Shown here piece by piece: positions 16,596 to 25,502 of a DNA stretch of 44,730 nucleotides. Below the pieces are notes generated by a model. It made no database searches. It saw only the letters and a program-made list of their open reading frames with translations, and was not told the origin of the DNA. Numbering within the stretch: position 1 is the first letter of the stretch; the number at the start of each line of letters is the position of its first letter. A program made the position numbers and the translations under genes. Source of the stretch: a virus; IMG/VR virus record IMGVR_UViG_3300021518_000002; one strand, written 5' to 3'.

Positions 16596-18083
16596 TTGTT
16601 TGAATTTTTATCCTTAACAGGTGAACCAACTTTGAACAATATAGTTCGTGAAGGTTCAAGAATTACTGATGAACGCTTCATTGAACTTGAAATTCAAAGG
16701 TTCAAGGCTTCGAGAAAGAGAAGGGAAATGATTAATGGCGAAAAGTATTATGAAGGTAATCATGACATTCTTTCCAGGAAAAGAACTGTAATTGGTGCAG
16801 ATGGAAAGCTTGAAGAAGTAAAGAACCTTCCTAATAATCGAATTGTCGATAATCAATACGGGAAGATGGTTGATCAAAAGAAAAACTATTTATTAGGGCA
16901 GCCGATTGTTTTCAATACTGAAAATGATATTTATACTAAACTTCTGAAAAAGATGTTCAATAAGAAATTTTTACGTTTGATGAAGAATGTCGGTGAAGAT
17001 GCTTTGAACACTGGTATTGGATGGATTTTCATTTATTACAATGAACATGGTGAATTCACCTTCAAACGGTTCAAATCTTATGAAATCATTCCAGGTTGGA
17101 AAGATGCTGAACACACTCAACTGGACTATGTTATTCGACTGTATGAAGTGATTGTTTATGAAGGAATTCAGGAAAAGGTAGTTGAAAAGGTAGAAGTCTA
17201 TGATGAAAATGGAATTTACCGTTTTATCTTAGATGGTGGAAAGCTTATCCCTGATGAAATGCCTTTTAGCAATTATTTCACAACGATTGATGAAGATGAT
17301 GAACAGGTTATTGAACAAGGTTGGAATTGGTCAAAGATTCCTTTAATTCCGTTCAAATATAATGCTAAAGAAATTCCATTGATTAAAAAAGTTAAAACTT
17401 TACAAGATGGATTGAACATTATTCTTTCAAACTTCCAAAATAACATGGAAGAAGATGCAAGGAATACTATTCTAGTTTTAGTAAACTATGATGGTGAAAA
17501 TTTAGGTGAATTCAGAAAGAATCTAGCAACCTATGGTGCTGTTAAGGTTAAAACAGTAGATGGTTCAGGTGGTGATCTGAAAACATTACAGGTTGAAGTA
17601 AATTCAGAGAATTATAAGGTCATCATTGAAATATTCAAGAAAGCCATTATTGAAAATGCAAAAGGGTATGATGCAAAGGATGATAGGCTTTCAGGTAATC
17701 CAAACCAAATGAATATTCAATCCATGTATTCAGACATTGACCTTGATGCAAATGAAATGGAAACGGAATTTCAAGCTTCCTTTGAAGAATTGCTTTGGTT
17801 CGTTAACGTTCATTTGTTCAATGTTGGTTTAGGTGACTTTGAACAAGAAGAAGTGGAAATCATCTTCAATCGGGATATTATGATTAGTGAATCAGAAGTT
17901 ATTACCAATATTAAAGATTCAGTTGGAATTCTTTCTGATGAAACACTTGTTGCAAATCATCCTTGGGTTGATGATCCACAATCTGAACTGGAAAGAAAAG
18001 AAGTACAAAAGCAAAAAGAAATGGATGAATATTCAAATGCATTCAATCCTGCTGTTCCAGGCGGTGGGATAGATGAAGAATAA
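16596..18083 (+). CDS. Portal protein (SPP1 gp6-like)
   Basis: Size, position and RREMINGEKYYEGNHDILSRKR are typical of SPP1-family portals. The TTG at 16596, 5 nt after AAGGTGGTGA, is preferred over the GTG at 16584, which lies inside the RBS. Confidence 0.85.
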   Translation: MFEFLSLTGEPTLNNIVREGSRITDERFIELEIQRFKASRKRREMINGEKYYEGNHDILSRKRTVIGADGKLEEVKNLPNNRIVDNQYGKMVDQKKNYLLGQPIVFNTENDIYTKLLKKMFNKKFLRLMKNVGEDALNTGIGWIFIYYNEHGEFTFKRFKSYEIIPGWKDAEHTQLDYVIRLYEVIVYEGIQEKVVEKVEVYDENGIYRFILDGGKLIPDEMPFSNYFTTIDEDDEQVIEQGWNWSKIPLIPFKYNAKEIPLIKKVKTLQDGLNIILSNFQNNMEEDARNTILVLVNYDGENLGEFRKNLATYGAVKVKTVDGSGGDLKTLQVEVNSENYKVIIEIFKKAIIENAKGYDAKDDRLSGNPNQMNIQSMYSDIDLDANEMETEFQASFEELLWFVNVHLFNVGLGDFEQEEVEIIFNRDIMISESEVITNIKDSVGILSDETLVANHPWVDDPQSELERKEVQKQKEMDEYSNAFNPAVPGGGIDEE

Positions 18084-19098
18084 GCAATACTGGCAAAAAC
18101 GGTTTGAACAACTTGAAAATGCTTCTAATAAAGAAGCTGCATTCTTAGTTCAGGATGCAAATGAAAGTTTCCGTAAAGCACAGATGCAAATTGAAAACCA
18201 AATCAATTCTTGGTATCAAAGATTTGCAATCAATAACAATATTTCAATGGCAGAAGCTAGAAAGATTTTACCGACAAGGGATTTAGCTGAATTCAAATGG
18301 AATGTTCAGGAATTCATTAAATATGGTGAAGAAAATGCCATGAACCAACAATGGATGAAGCAACTTGAAAATGCTTCTTCTAGGTATCATGTTTCTAAGC
18401 TTGAAGCATTGAAAGTGTTAATTCAACAAGTCATTGAAGTCTTGTTTGGAAATCAAATAGACAGTATTGATGGTTTGATGAAGAATACTTTTACTAATGG
18501 TTATTATCGAACCATATTTGAAGTTCAAAAGGGGTTCAATATTGGTTGGGATATTTCTTCTATTGATGAAAATAAACTGAAAAAGATTATTTCTAAACCT
18601 TGGTCAGTTGATGGGAAGAATTTCAGTGAAAGAATTTGGGGAAATAAATCAAAGCTGATTAATGAACTTCACACTGAACTTACTCAAATGGTCATCACAG
18701 GTAGATCACCTGATGAAGCTATAAAAAATATTGCTAAAAAGATGAATACTTCCAAGAATAATTCAGGAAGATTGATCATGACGGAATCATCTTATTTCAC
18801 ATCAGCTTCACAGAAAGATGCTTTCATTGAACTGGATGTTGAAAAGTTTGAGATTGTAGCAACACTGGATTCAAGTACATCAGAAATCTGTCAACAGATG
18901 GATGGTGAAGTTTTTGATATGAAAGACTTTGAACCTGGTGTAACTGCACCACCATTTCATGTTTGGTGTAGAACAACAACTGTTCCTTATTTTGAAGATA
19001 ATTATGGGGAACGTGCTGCAAGAAATGCAAATGGTAAAACTTATTATGTTCCAAGTAATATTAAGTTCAATGAATGGCAAGAAAAATATGCAAGTTAA
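18073..19098 (+). CDS. Head morphogenesis protein (SPP1 gp7 / Mu F-like)
   Basis: TLDSSTSEICQQMDGEVF ... PPFHVWCRTTTVPY is the conserved gp7-family C-terminal signature. The gene overlaps the portal stop. Confidence 0.85.
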   Translation: MKNKQYWQKRFEQLENASNKEAAFLVQDANESFRKAQMQIENQINSWYQRFAINNNISMAEARKILPTRDLAEFKWNVQEFIKYGEENAMNQQWMKQLENASSRYHVSKLEALKVLIQQVIEVLFGNQIDSIDGLMKNTFTNGYYRTIFEVQKGFNIGWDISSIDENKLKKIISKPWSVDGKNFSERIWGNKSKLINELHTELTQMVITGRSPDEAIKNIAKKMNTSKNNSGRLIMTESSYFTSASQKDAFIELDVEKFEIVATLDSSTSEICQQMDGEVFDMKDFEPGVTAPPFHVWCRTTTVPYFEDNYGERAARNANGKTYYVPSNIKFNEWQEKYAS

Positions 19099-19131
19099 AC
19101 ATCCTATGAAAATTTAGGATGTTTTTTTTTA
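19097..19131 (+). terminator. Rho-independent terminator
   Basis: AAACATCCTA (19097-19106) pairs with TAGGATGTTT (19115-19124); the T-run extends to 19131. Confidence 0.75.
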
Positions 19132-19207
19132 TTTCACTAAGGCGGTGATCTAATTATCTCCCTTGATGCTTGGGTTAAAGTATTGCTTTTTCGTCATTTT
19201 GGTATTG

Positions 19208-19236
19208 TTGACGTTAAAGAACAAGACAAATAATAC
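19208..19236 (+). promoter_or_regulatory. Candidate sigma-A-type promoter for the scaffold/capsid genes
   Basis: TTGACG (19208-19213), a 17-nt spacer, then TAATAC (19231-19236). Confidence 0.35.
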
Positions 19237-19277
19237 TGGACTGAACCAGGTAAAAAATGAATTTGAAAGGATGGTAA

Positions 19278-19895
19278 ATGACCATGAAAAAAGAGGATTT
19301 TATTAAGTTAGGATTTAGTGAAGAAGATGCAAAGAAAGCTGCTGATGCTTCACAAGAAGAACTGAAAGCGTACATTCCAAAAACAAGATTTGATGAAGTG
19401 AACAATGAAAAGAAAAAGCTTGAATTGGATGTTCGGGAACGTGATACACAACTTGAAACATTAAAGAATTCAACTGGTGATGTGGAAGCTATGAAGAAAC
19501 AAATCACTGACCTTCAAGCTGATAACAAAACCAAAGATGATGCACATGCTGCTGAAATCAAACAATTAAAAATTGATGCTGCTGTTACTTCTGCACTTAC
19601 TGCTTCCAAAGCTAAAAATGAAAAGGCAGTAAAAGCATTACTTGAACTTGATTCTGAAAAGGTTGAACTGCTTGAAGATGGAACAATCAAAGGATTAGAT
19701 GACCAAATCAAAGGACTTGTTGAATCAGATGATACCAAGTTCCTTTTCAATACAGAAACAAAGAAAACGCAATTCAAGGGTGCTACACCAGGTGAAACTG
19801 GCAATGAATCAGGTGACAAAGGAATTGATATTGCTAAAATGTCATATGAAGAATTGGCTTCTTACCTGGAAGCAAACCCTGATGCAGAAATTTAA
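19278..19895 (+). CDS. Capsid scaffolding protein (GP20-like)
   Basis: Coiled-coil and acidic. IPKTRFDEVNNEKKKLE is typical of GP20/DUF4355 scaffolds. It lies immediately upstream of the major capsid gene. Confidence 0.75.
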   Translation: MTMKKEDFIKLGFSEEDAKKAADASQEELKAYIPKTRFDEVNNEKKKLELDVRERDTQLETLKNSTGDVEAMKKQITDLQADNKTKDDAHAAEIKQLKIDAAVTSALTASKAKNEKAVKALLELDSEKVELLEDGTIKGLDDQIKGLVESDDTKFLFNTETKKTQFKGATPGETGNESGDKGIDIAKMSYEELASYLEANPDAEI

Positions 19896-19924
19896 TTTTA
19901 TTAAAGAAAGAAGGATGAATAATA

Positions 19925-21109
19925 ATGGCTAAATTTGATGCTAAAAGTTTTAATGAAAGAGCATTCGGAAAATATGTTGATATTGTTCCAAAATTAAAGA
20001 AAAATGAATTGGTTAAGTCAAAGGCTTTACAATCAAACAGTCAAATCAAACAGGCCTTTAGTGGTCAAACTGGTGTAGTTTATGCAACGATCCCTATGTT
20101 CGGTCGCATTGACGGTTCACCATTAAACTATGATGGTGCTACTGATATTACTGCAACAAGCACTACTACTTATGAACGTGGTGTGGTTGTTATTGGTCGT
20201 GCTAAAGCATGGGTTGAAAATGACTTTTCAGAAGATGTGACAGGTGGAGCAGGTTTCATGTCTAATGTTGCAAAACAAGTTTCTGAATACTGGGATGAAG
20301 TAGATCAGGACACATTACTTTCAATTCTTCAAGGTATTTTCAGCATGACTGGTGCAAACAACTTAAAATTTGTTAATGGTCATACTCATGACATTAGTGG
20401 AATCGTAAAGGGTGTTGTTGAAGCTGCAACTTTAAACACTTCCATTCAAAAAGCATCAGGTGATAAGAAATCCAAGTTTACTATTTCTATCATGCATTCT
20501 TCTGTTGCTACAAATCTTGAAAACTTAAAACTTCTTGCGTATATGACTTATACGGATGCAAATGGTATTGAACGACAACTTGAACTTGCAACTTGGAATG
20601 GTCGTGCGGTCATCATTGATGATGGTATGCCAACAGAAGATGTTACAGGTCACTATATCAGATGTACTTCTACTGATGTAGGTGCATTAAAAGTTGTTTC
20701 TGATGCTTCAACACCAGGAGCAAATGAAATCAAAATCACAGATACAGGAATTTCAGTTGTAGCAGGCGATTATGTACTATTCTTAAATGATTACACTAAA
20801 TACACTACTTATGTTCTTGGTAATGGTGCATTTGACCATGAAGATATTGGTGCAGAAGTTCCATATGCTATGGTTCGTGATGAAAAAACAAACGGTGGTC
20901 AAACTTACTTGTATTCTCGTCAACGTAAAGTATTTGCACCTTATGGAATTAGCTTCACAAAATCAGCTATGGTGACAAATTCACCAACAGATACAGAATT
21001 ACAGAATGGTTCTAACTGGGAACTTGTTCATGATGGTGGAGCAGGTGCAGGAAGAAAATATCTTGATCATAAAGCAATTCCTATTGCTCGTATTATTTCA
21101 AGAGGTTAA
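19925..21109 (+). CDS. Major capsid protein
   Basis: 394 aa, strong RBS AAGAAGGATGA, and position between the scaffold and connector genes. Confidence 0.8.
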   Translation: MAKFDAKSFNERAFGKYVDIVPKLKKNELVKSKALQSNSQIKQAFSGQTGVVYATIPMFGRIDGSPLNYDGATDITATSTTTYERGVVVIGRAKAWVENDFSEDVTGGAGFMSNVAKQVSEYWDEVDQDTLLSILQGIFSMTGANNLKFVNGHTHDISGIVKGVVEAATLNTSIQKASGDKKSKFTISIMHSSVATNLENLKLLAYMTYTDANGIERQLELATWNGRAVIIDDGMPTEDVTGHYIRCTSTDVGALKVVSDASTPGANEIKITDTGISVVAGDYVLFLNDYTKYTTYVLGNGAFDHEDIGAEVPYAMVRDEKTNGGQTYLYSRQRKVFAPYGISFTKSAMVTNSPTDTELQNGSNWELVHDGGAGAGRKYLDHKAIPIARIISRG

Positions 21110-21126
21110 TAAAGGGGTGACATAAT

Positions 21127-21576
21127 ATGAGTATTGAAGATAGGATATTAGCACTCCAACAACAAATTAGTATTGTTTCGACAGTTGGTGTTGAATTCAT
21201 TCTAAAAGTCTATAAAAGACTTGAATCATTTGGATATACAGTGACAAATGAAGATGACTGGATAATAGGCTTTTCTATTCAGAAGGTGGAAAATACTATC
21301 AAGAACTCATGTAATGTCACATCCATTCCAAATGGTTTAACCCATATTGCGGTTGATATGATTTGTGGTGAATTCCTCTTTGCTAAAAAACAAAGTGGAA
21401 AAATAGAAGGTTTCAACATGGAAACTGCAATCAAGCAAATTCAAACAGGTGATACTAATGTTACTTTTGCTATTGAAGGTTCTAAATCACCTGAACAAAG
21501 GCTTGATTCACTTATTTCCTTCTTAATTACTAATGGAAAGGGTGATTTCGTATCTTATCGGAAAATCAGATGGTAA
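21127..21576 (+). CDS. Head-tail connector / head completion protein (putative)
   Basis: Assigned from position in the conserved head-to-tail gene order and RBS AAAGGGGTGA. Confidence 0.55.
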   Translation: MSIEDRILALQQQISIVSTVGVEFILKVYKRLESFGYTVTNEDDWIIGFSIQKVENTIKNSCNVTSIPNGLTHIAVDMICGEFLFAKKQSGKIEGFNMETAIKQIQTGDTNVTFAIEGSKSPEQRLDSLISFLITNGKGDFVSYRKIRW

Positions 21577-21926
21577 TGGTACGAAAGGCAGTAGAATCTA
21601 CTTACATTGGAACTTGTACCATTACTGAATATCAATCTTATAAAAAAGAAAATAAGTCTACTGGACATAAAGAAGTTGTTGTTCTTGAAAATCAACCTTG
21701 TAAGCTTTCATTCTCCAAGATAACCAATTCCAATCAAGGGGAAACTGCTTCAATGGTTATTCAAACTGCAAAAGTTTTTATTGCACCTGAAATTCAAGTG
21801 AAACCTGGTTCAAAACTGACCATTACACAAAATGGTGTCACCACTGAATATAAGAATAGTGGTGAACCTGCTTTATATAACACCCATCAAGAAATTATTC
21901 TTGAATTGTTCAAAGGGTGGGCATAA
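21570..21926 (+). CDS. Head-tail adaptor / head closure protein (putative)
   Basis: ~118 aa, overlapping start, and position typical of SPP1 gp16-like proteins. Confidence 0.55.
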   Translation: MVMVRKAVESTYIGTCTITEYQSYKKENKSTGHKEVVVLENQPCKLSFSKITNSNQGETASMVIQTAKVFIAPEIQVKPGSKLTITQNGVTTEYKNSGEPALYNTHQEIILELFKGWA

Positions 21927-22393
21927 TGGGTAGTTTCGGAAGTGCAAATTTTGGAGATTTAAGAAAGTTTCAAGAAAAATTGAACAGATTGAACGCAAAT
22001 GAAGTGAATTCTTTTATTGAATCATGTGCAAAAGAACTTGCAGCAAGACTTCTTGCAAAGGTTATAAAAAGAACACCAGTTGGTCAATATCCTTCAAGTA
22101 CAGGTAAAAAAGGCGGTACTTTAAGAAGGGGATGGACTGCATCTAAAAACCAAAGTGCTACTGCATATGTCGGTTCATTAACAGTTCATCATTTTGGTAA
22201 TACTTATGTGATTGAAATAGTCAATCCTATTGATTATGCATCTTATGTTGAATTTGGTCATAGGACAAGAGATCACAAGGGTTGGGTTCAAGGTAAATTC
22301 ATGTTGACCATTTCTGAACAAGAAATTCAACAAGCTGCACCACAAATTCTTGAAAGAAAACTAGCAAAAAAATTGGGGGAATACTTCAAATGA
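21926..22393 (+). CDS. HK97 gp10-family tail-completion protein
   Basis: YASYVEFGHRTRDHKGWVQGKFML matches the gp10-family VEFG signature. The ATG at 21926 overlaps the upstream TAA. Confidence 0.7.
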   Translation: MGSFGSANFGDLRKFQEKLNRLNANEVNSFIESCAKELAARLLAKVIKRTPVGQYPSSTGKKGGTLRRGWTASKNQSATAYVGSLTVHHFGNTYVIEIVNPIDYASYVEFGHRTRDHKGWVQGKFMLTISEQEIQQAAPQILERKLAKKLGEYFK

Positions 22394-22812
22394 TTAATAG
22401 AATAATTGATGCCATTAGTATTTCCATCAATACTGAATTTGGTGATGGTTATGAAATTTATACGGAAAGTTTAGAACAAGGCTTAATTGAACCTTGTTTT
22501 TCTATTTTCTGCTTGAATCCAACAAATAACTTGTTTCTAGGAAAGCGATATTTCAGAACAAATCTATTCTGCATTCAATATTTCCCTTCATCAGAAGAAA
22601 AGAGATCGGAATGCAATAGTGTTCTTGAAAGATTATATGGTTGCCTGGAACTGATTAACGCTGAAACAGAATTGACCAGGGGAACAAAAATGAATGCGGA
22701 ACTGGTTGATGGTGTTTTGAACTTCTTTGTGAATTATGACATGTTCGTTTACAAAGTTGAAGATGAAACACCAATGGAAGAATTAGAAATGAACACCAAT
22801 GTGAAAGGGTGA
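22390..22812 (+). CDS. Putative tail terminator / neck protein
   Basis: Assigned from position just upstream of the sheath gene and an ATGA overlap. Confidence 0.5.
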   Translation: MINRIIDAISISINTEFGDGYEIYTESLEQGLIEPCFSIFCLNPTNNLFLGKRYFRTNLFCIQYFPSSEEKRSECNSVLERLYGCLELINAETELTRGTKMNAELVDGVLNFFVNYDMFVYKVEDETPMEELEMNTNVKG

Positions 22813-22818
22813 TGAAAT

Positions 22819-22998
22819 TTGGCAACAAAAACAAACAATGTTGAAGAAGTTGTGAAATTTCCTAAAGAACAACTTCTTTCAGCTATAAAATACAGCAATC
22901 GGAAAGATGTTCTCGGTGTAGTCCTGAAAGATGGAAAAGAATATTCATTTGAAGAAGCAGATATTTTAATTGCTGATTTCATGAAAGGAGTGAAATAA
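22819..22998 (+). CDS. Small hypothetical protein (59 aa) upstream of the sheath gene
   Basis: Not in the ORF track. The TTG start lies 6 nt after AAAGGGTGA, and the ORF fills an otherwise empty 187-nt gap in a tightly packed operon. Confidence 0.45.
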   Translation: MATKTNNVEEVVKFPKEQLLSAIKYSNRKDVLGVVLKDGKEYSFEEADILIADFMKGVK

Positions 22999-22999
22999 T

Positions 23000-24295
23000 A
23001 TGGCTTTAGGCGGTGGAACTTTTGTCACACAAAATAAAGTGTTACCAGGTTCATATATAAACTTTATTTCTTTGGCAAAAGCTAGTGCAACCCTATCTGA
23101 TAGAGGGATTGTAGCAATGCCCCTTGAATTAGATTGGGGTGTTGACGGTGCTGTTTTTGAAGTAACAAAAGGAGATTTCCAAAAAGATTCTTTGAAAATC
23201 TTTGGTTATGATTACACTCATGACAAGTTGAAAGGTCTTAGAGATTTATTTTCGAATATTAAAACCCTATTTGCTTATAAATTAACAAGTGGTGGGAATA
23301 AAGCATCAAATACATTTGCAACTGCAAAGTTTGGTGGTATTCGTGGAAATGACTTAAAGATTGTAATTCAAACAAATGTTGATGTTCCTGCTAAATTTGA
23401 TGTTAAAACAGTTCTAGGAACAACTACTGTTGATATGCAAACTGTTGCAACATCAGCAGAACTTGTTGCAAATGATTTTGTAACATTTAAAACAGCGACC
23501 CTAACTGTTACAGCTTCCACACCATTAACTGGTGGAACAAATGGTACGGTGGATGGAACTGCACACCAATCATTCTTAGATAAAATTGAAGCATATTCTT
23601 ACAATGCATTAGGTGTTGTGACAATAGAAGATACGATCAAATCATTATATGCAAACTTTACAAAAAGACTTCGTGATGAAGTTGGTCAGAAGTTTCAAGC
23701 GGTTATTTATAACAAGGCCGCTGATTATGAAGGTGTAGTCAATGTTAAAAACAAAGCTACTGAAAATGAACCATCACTTGTTTATTGGGTAACTGGTATC
23801 ATTGCAGGGTGTGAAGTGAATAAATCCAATCTTAATAAAAAATATGATGGTGAATTTACAGTTGAAGCTGACTATACACAGGCACAATTAGAAGCAGCTA
23901 TCAAAGCAGGTGAATTTACTTTCCATAAAGTAGGTTCGGATATTCGTGTTCTTTCAGATATTAATTCCCTTGTTACTACTTCTGATACTAAGGGTGAAGA
24001 TTTCAAAGACAATCAAACTGTTAGGGTCATGGATCAGATTGGAAATGACATTGCTGTTCTATTTAATACTAAATACCTTGGTAATGTTCCTAATGATGCA
24101 TCAGGTCGGATTTCATTATGGTCTGACATTGTAAAACATCATGAACAATTACAAGAAATTCGAGCGATTGAAAATTTCAGTGATAAAGATGTAACTGTTG
24201 ACCAGGGTAACAGTAAAAAGGCTGTTGTTGTTGGTGATCGTGTGACAGTAGTTAATGCAATGGCACAACTTTACATGACTGTTGTCGTGGCATAA
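23000..24295 (+). CDS. Contractile tail sheath protein (XkdK-like)
   Basis: 431 aa. The N-terminus GGGTFVTQNKVLPGSYINF is typical of PBSX-like sheaths. Tube and chaperone genes follow. Confidence 0.85.
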   Translation: MALGGGTFVTQNKVLPGSYINFISLAKASATLSDRGIVAMPLELDWGVDGAVFEVTKGDFQKDSLKIFGYDYTHDKLKGLRDLFSNIKTLFAYKLTSGGNKASNTFATAKFGGIRGNDLKIVIQTNVDVPAKFDVKTVLGTTTVDMQTVATSAELVANDFVTFKTATLTVTASTPLTGGTNGTVDGTAHQSFLDKIEAYSYNALGVVTIEDTIKSLYANFTKRLRDEVGQKFQAVIYNKAADYEGVVNVKNKATENEPSLVYWVTGIIAGCEVNKSNLNKKYDGEFTVEADYTQAQLEAAIKAGEFTFHKVGSDIRVLSDINSLVTTSDTKGEDFKDNQTVRVMDQIGNDIAVLFNTKYLGNVPNDASGRISLWSDIVKHHEQLQEIRAIENFSDKDVTVDQGNSKKAVVVGDRVTVVNAMAQLYMTVVVA

Positions 24296-24311
24296 GAAAG
24301 GGTGAGAATGA

Positions 24312-24785
24312 ATGAATAATGTTGTCATGAAAGCAAGAGATACCATTTCAGCAAAACTTGCAGAATGTTTCATTACCATCAGTGGTAATCGTTATAATTT
24401 CATGCAAATGATTGACTTTGAAGGTAAGATTGATAAAACAAAAACCAAAGTTCCTATTCTCGGTAAAATTATGGAATCTAACAAAACAGTTGGCCTTTCA
24501 GGTACTTTTTCGGGTACTGCCCACTATAACCAGTCTATTTTCCGTCAAGCTTTACTAGACTATAAAAATACTGGTGTTGATGCTTATTTTGAAATCCAAA
24601 TTACCAATGATGATCCTGAATCATCAGCAGGTAGACAAACATTAGTATTCATTGATTGTAATACTGATGGTGGAATCCTATCAAAATTTGATGCTGATGG
24701 GGAATACTTGGATGAAGAAATTGAAGGTACTTTTGAGGACTTCAAAATGCCTGAATCCTTTACACTTCTCAACGGTATGCTTTAA
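24312..24785 (+). CDS. Tail tube protein (XkdM-like)
   Basis: 157 aa, immediately after the sheath gene, with an XkdM-like sequence character. Confidence 0.8.
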   Translation: MNNVVMKARDTISAKLAECFITISGNRYNFMQMIDFEGKIDKTKTKVPILGKIMESNKTVGLSGTFSGTAHYNQSIFRQALLDYKNTGVDAYFEIQITNDDPESSAGRQTLVFIDCNTDGGILSKFDADGEYLDEEIEGTFEDFKMPESFTLLNGML

Positions 24786-24793
24786 TTATTTTT

Positions 24794-24819
24794 CCCTACC
24801 CTTTGTTGGGTAGGGTTTT
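24794..24819 (+). terminator. Hairpin plus T-run after the tube gene (partial terminator/attenuator)
   Basis: CCCTACCC (24794-24801) pairs with GGGTAGGG (24808-24815), followed by TTTT. Confidence 0.6.
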
Positions 24820-24859
24820 ATTTTTGTTCGTCAAAATTAGAAAAGTGAAGGTGAATTTA

Positions 24860-25288
24860 ATGTCAAATTTAAGTCGATTTTTAAAGAAAAATAAAATTCA
24901 AAAAGAAAATACAACATATCCTGCAACAAAATCACTGTTAGATGAAGAAGGAAAACCGTTATTATGGGAAATTAAACCTTTGAAAACAAAGGGTAATGAA
25001 GATATTCGTGAATCTTGTACGATTGAAGTTCCAGTTAAAGGGAAGCCGAACATGTTCAGACCAAAATTAAATACAAGTGCTTATATCGCTAAAATGATTA
25101 TTGCTTCTGTTGTTGAACCAAATCTTTATAGTGCTGAACTTCAAGATTCTTACGGTGTAAAAACACCTGATGATTTATTAAAAGAAATGATTGATGATCC
25201 AGGTGAATACAATGAATTTGCTGCATTCATTCAAAAGTTCAATGGCTTTTCTTCTTTGGAAGATAAGGTTGAAGAAGCAAAAAACTAA
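24860..25288 (+). CDS. Tail assembly chaperone (XkdN-like), 0-frame product
   Basis: ATG at 24860 behind GTGAAGGTGA; the track's TTG at 24803 runs through the terminator. It lies between the tube and tape-measure genes. Confidence 0.8.
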   Translation: MSNLSRFLKKNKIQKENTTYPATKSLLDEEGKPLLWEIKPLKTKGNEDIRESCTIEVPVKGKPNMFRPKLNTSAYIAKMIIASVVEPNLYSAELQDSYGVKTPDDLLKEMIDDPGEYNEFAAFIQKFNGFSSLEDKVEEAKN

Positions 25289-25473
25289 TCAATGAAGGTG
25301 ATGGTGATGCAAATATTGCTTACTATTGCCTTCATAAACTTCACATGTTACCTTCCCAATTTATTTCATTAGATGAAAACGAAAGAGCATTTGTTATTGC
25401 TGCCATTCAAATAAAAATGGAAAACGATAAAAAGAAACAAAAAGAAATGGAAAAGAAAGCTAAAAAGAAATAA
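24860..25473 (+). CDS. Tail assembly chaperone, -1 frameshift extension product
   Basis: The slippery heptamer A_AAA_AAC sits at 25279-25285, one codon before the 0-frame TAA. The -1 frame is open from 25273 to the TAA at 25471-25473 and encodes LINEGDGDANIAYYCLHKLHMLPSQF... Confidence 0.7.
25279..25285 (+). promoter_or_regulatory. Programmed -1 ribosomal frameshift slippery site A_AAA_AAC
   Basis: The 0-frame reads GCA AAA AAC TAA, so an X_XXY_YYZ heptamer is in the correct phase. Confidence 0.7.
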
Positions 25474-25502
25474 AAATACATATGAAAGGTAGGTGAAAGT
25501 CA

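Noticed and set aside
24803-24859. Upstream TTG start for the chaperone gene; similar long track starts at 36435, 38573, 10575, 42301 and 42963
   Set aside because: These extensions run through terminator hairpins or the preceding gene and lack RBSs. Internal starts with good Shine-Dalgarno spacing were preferred.
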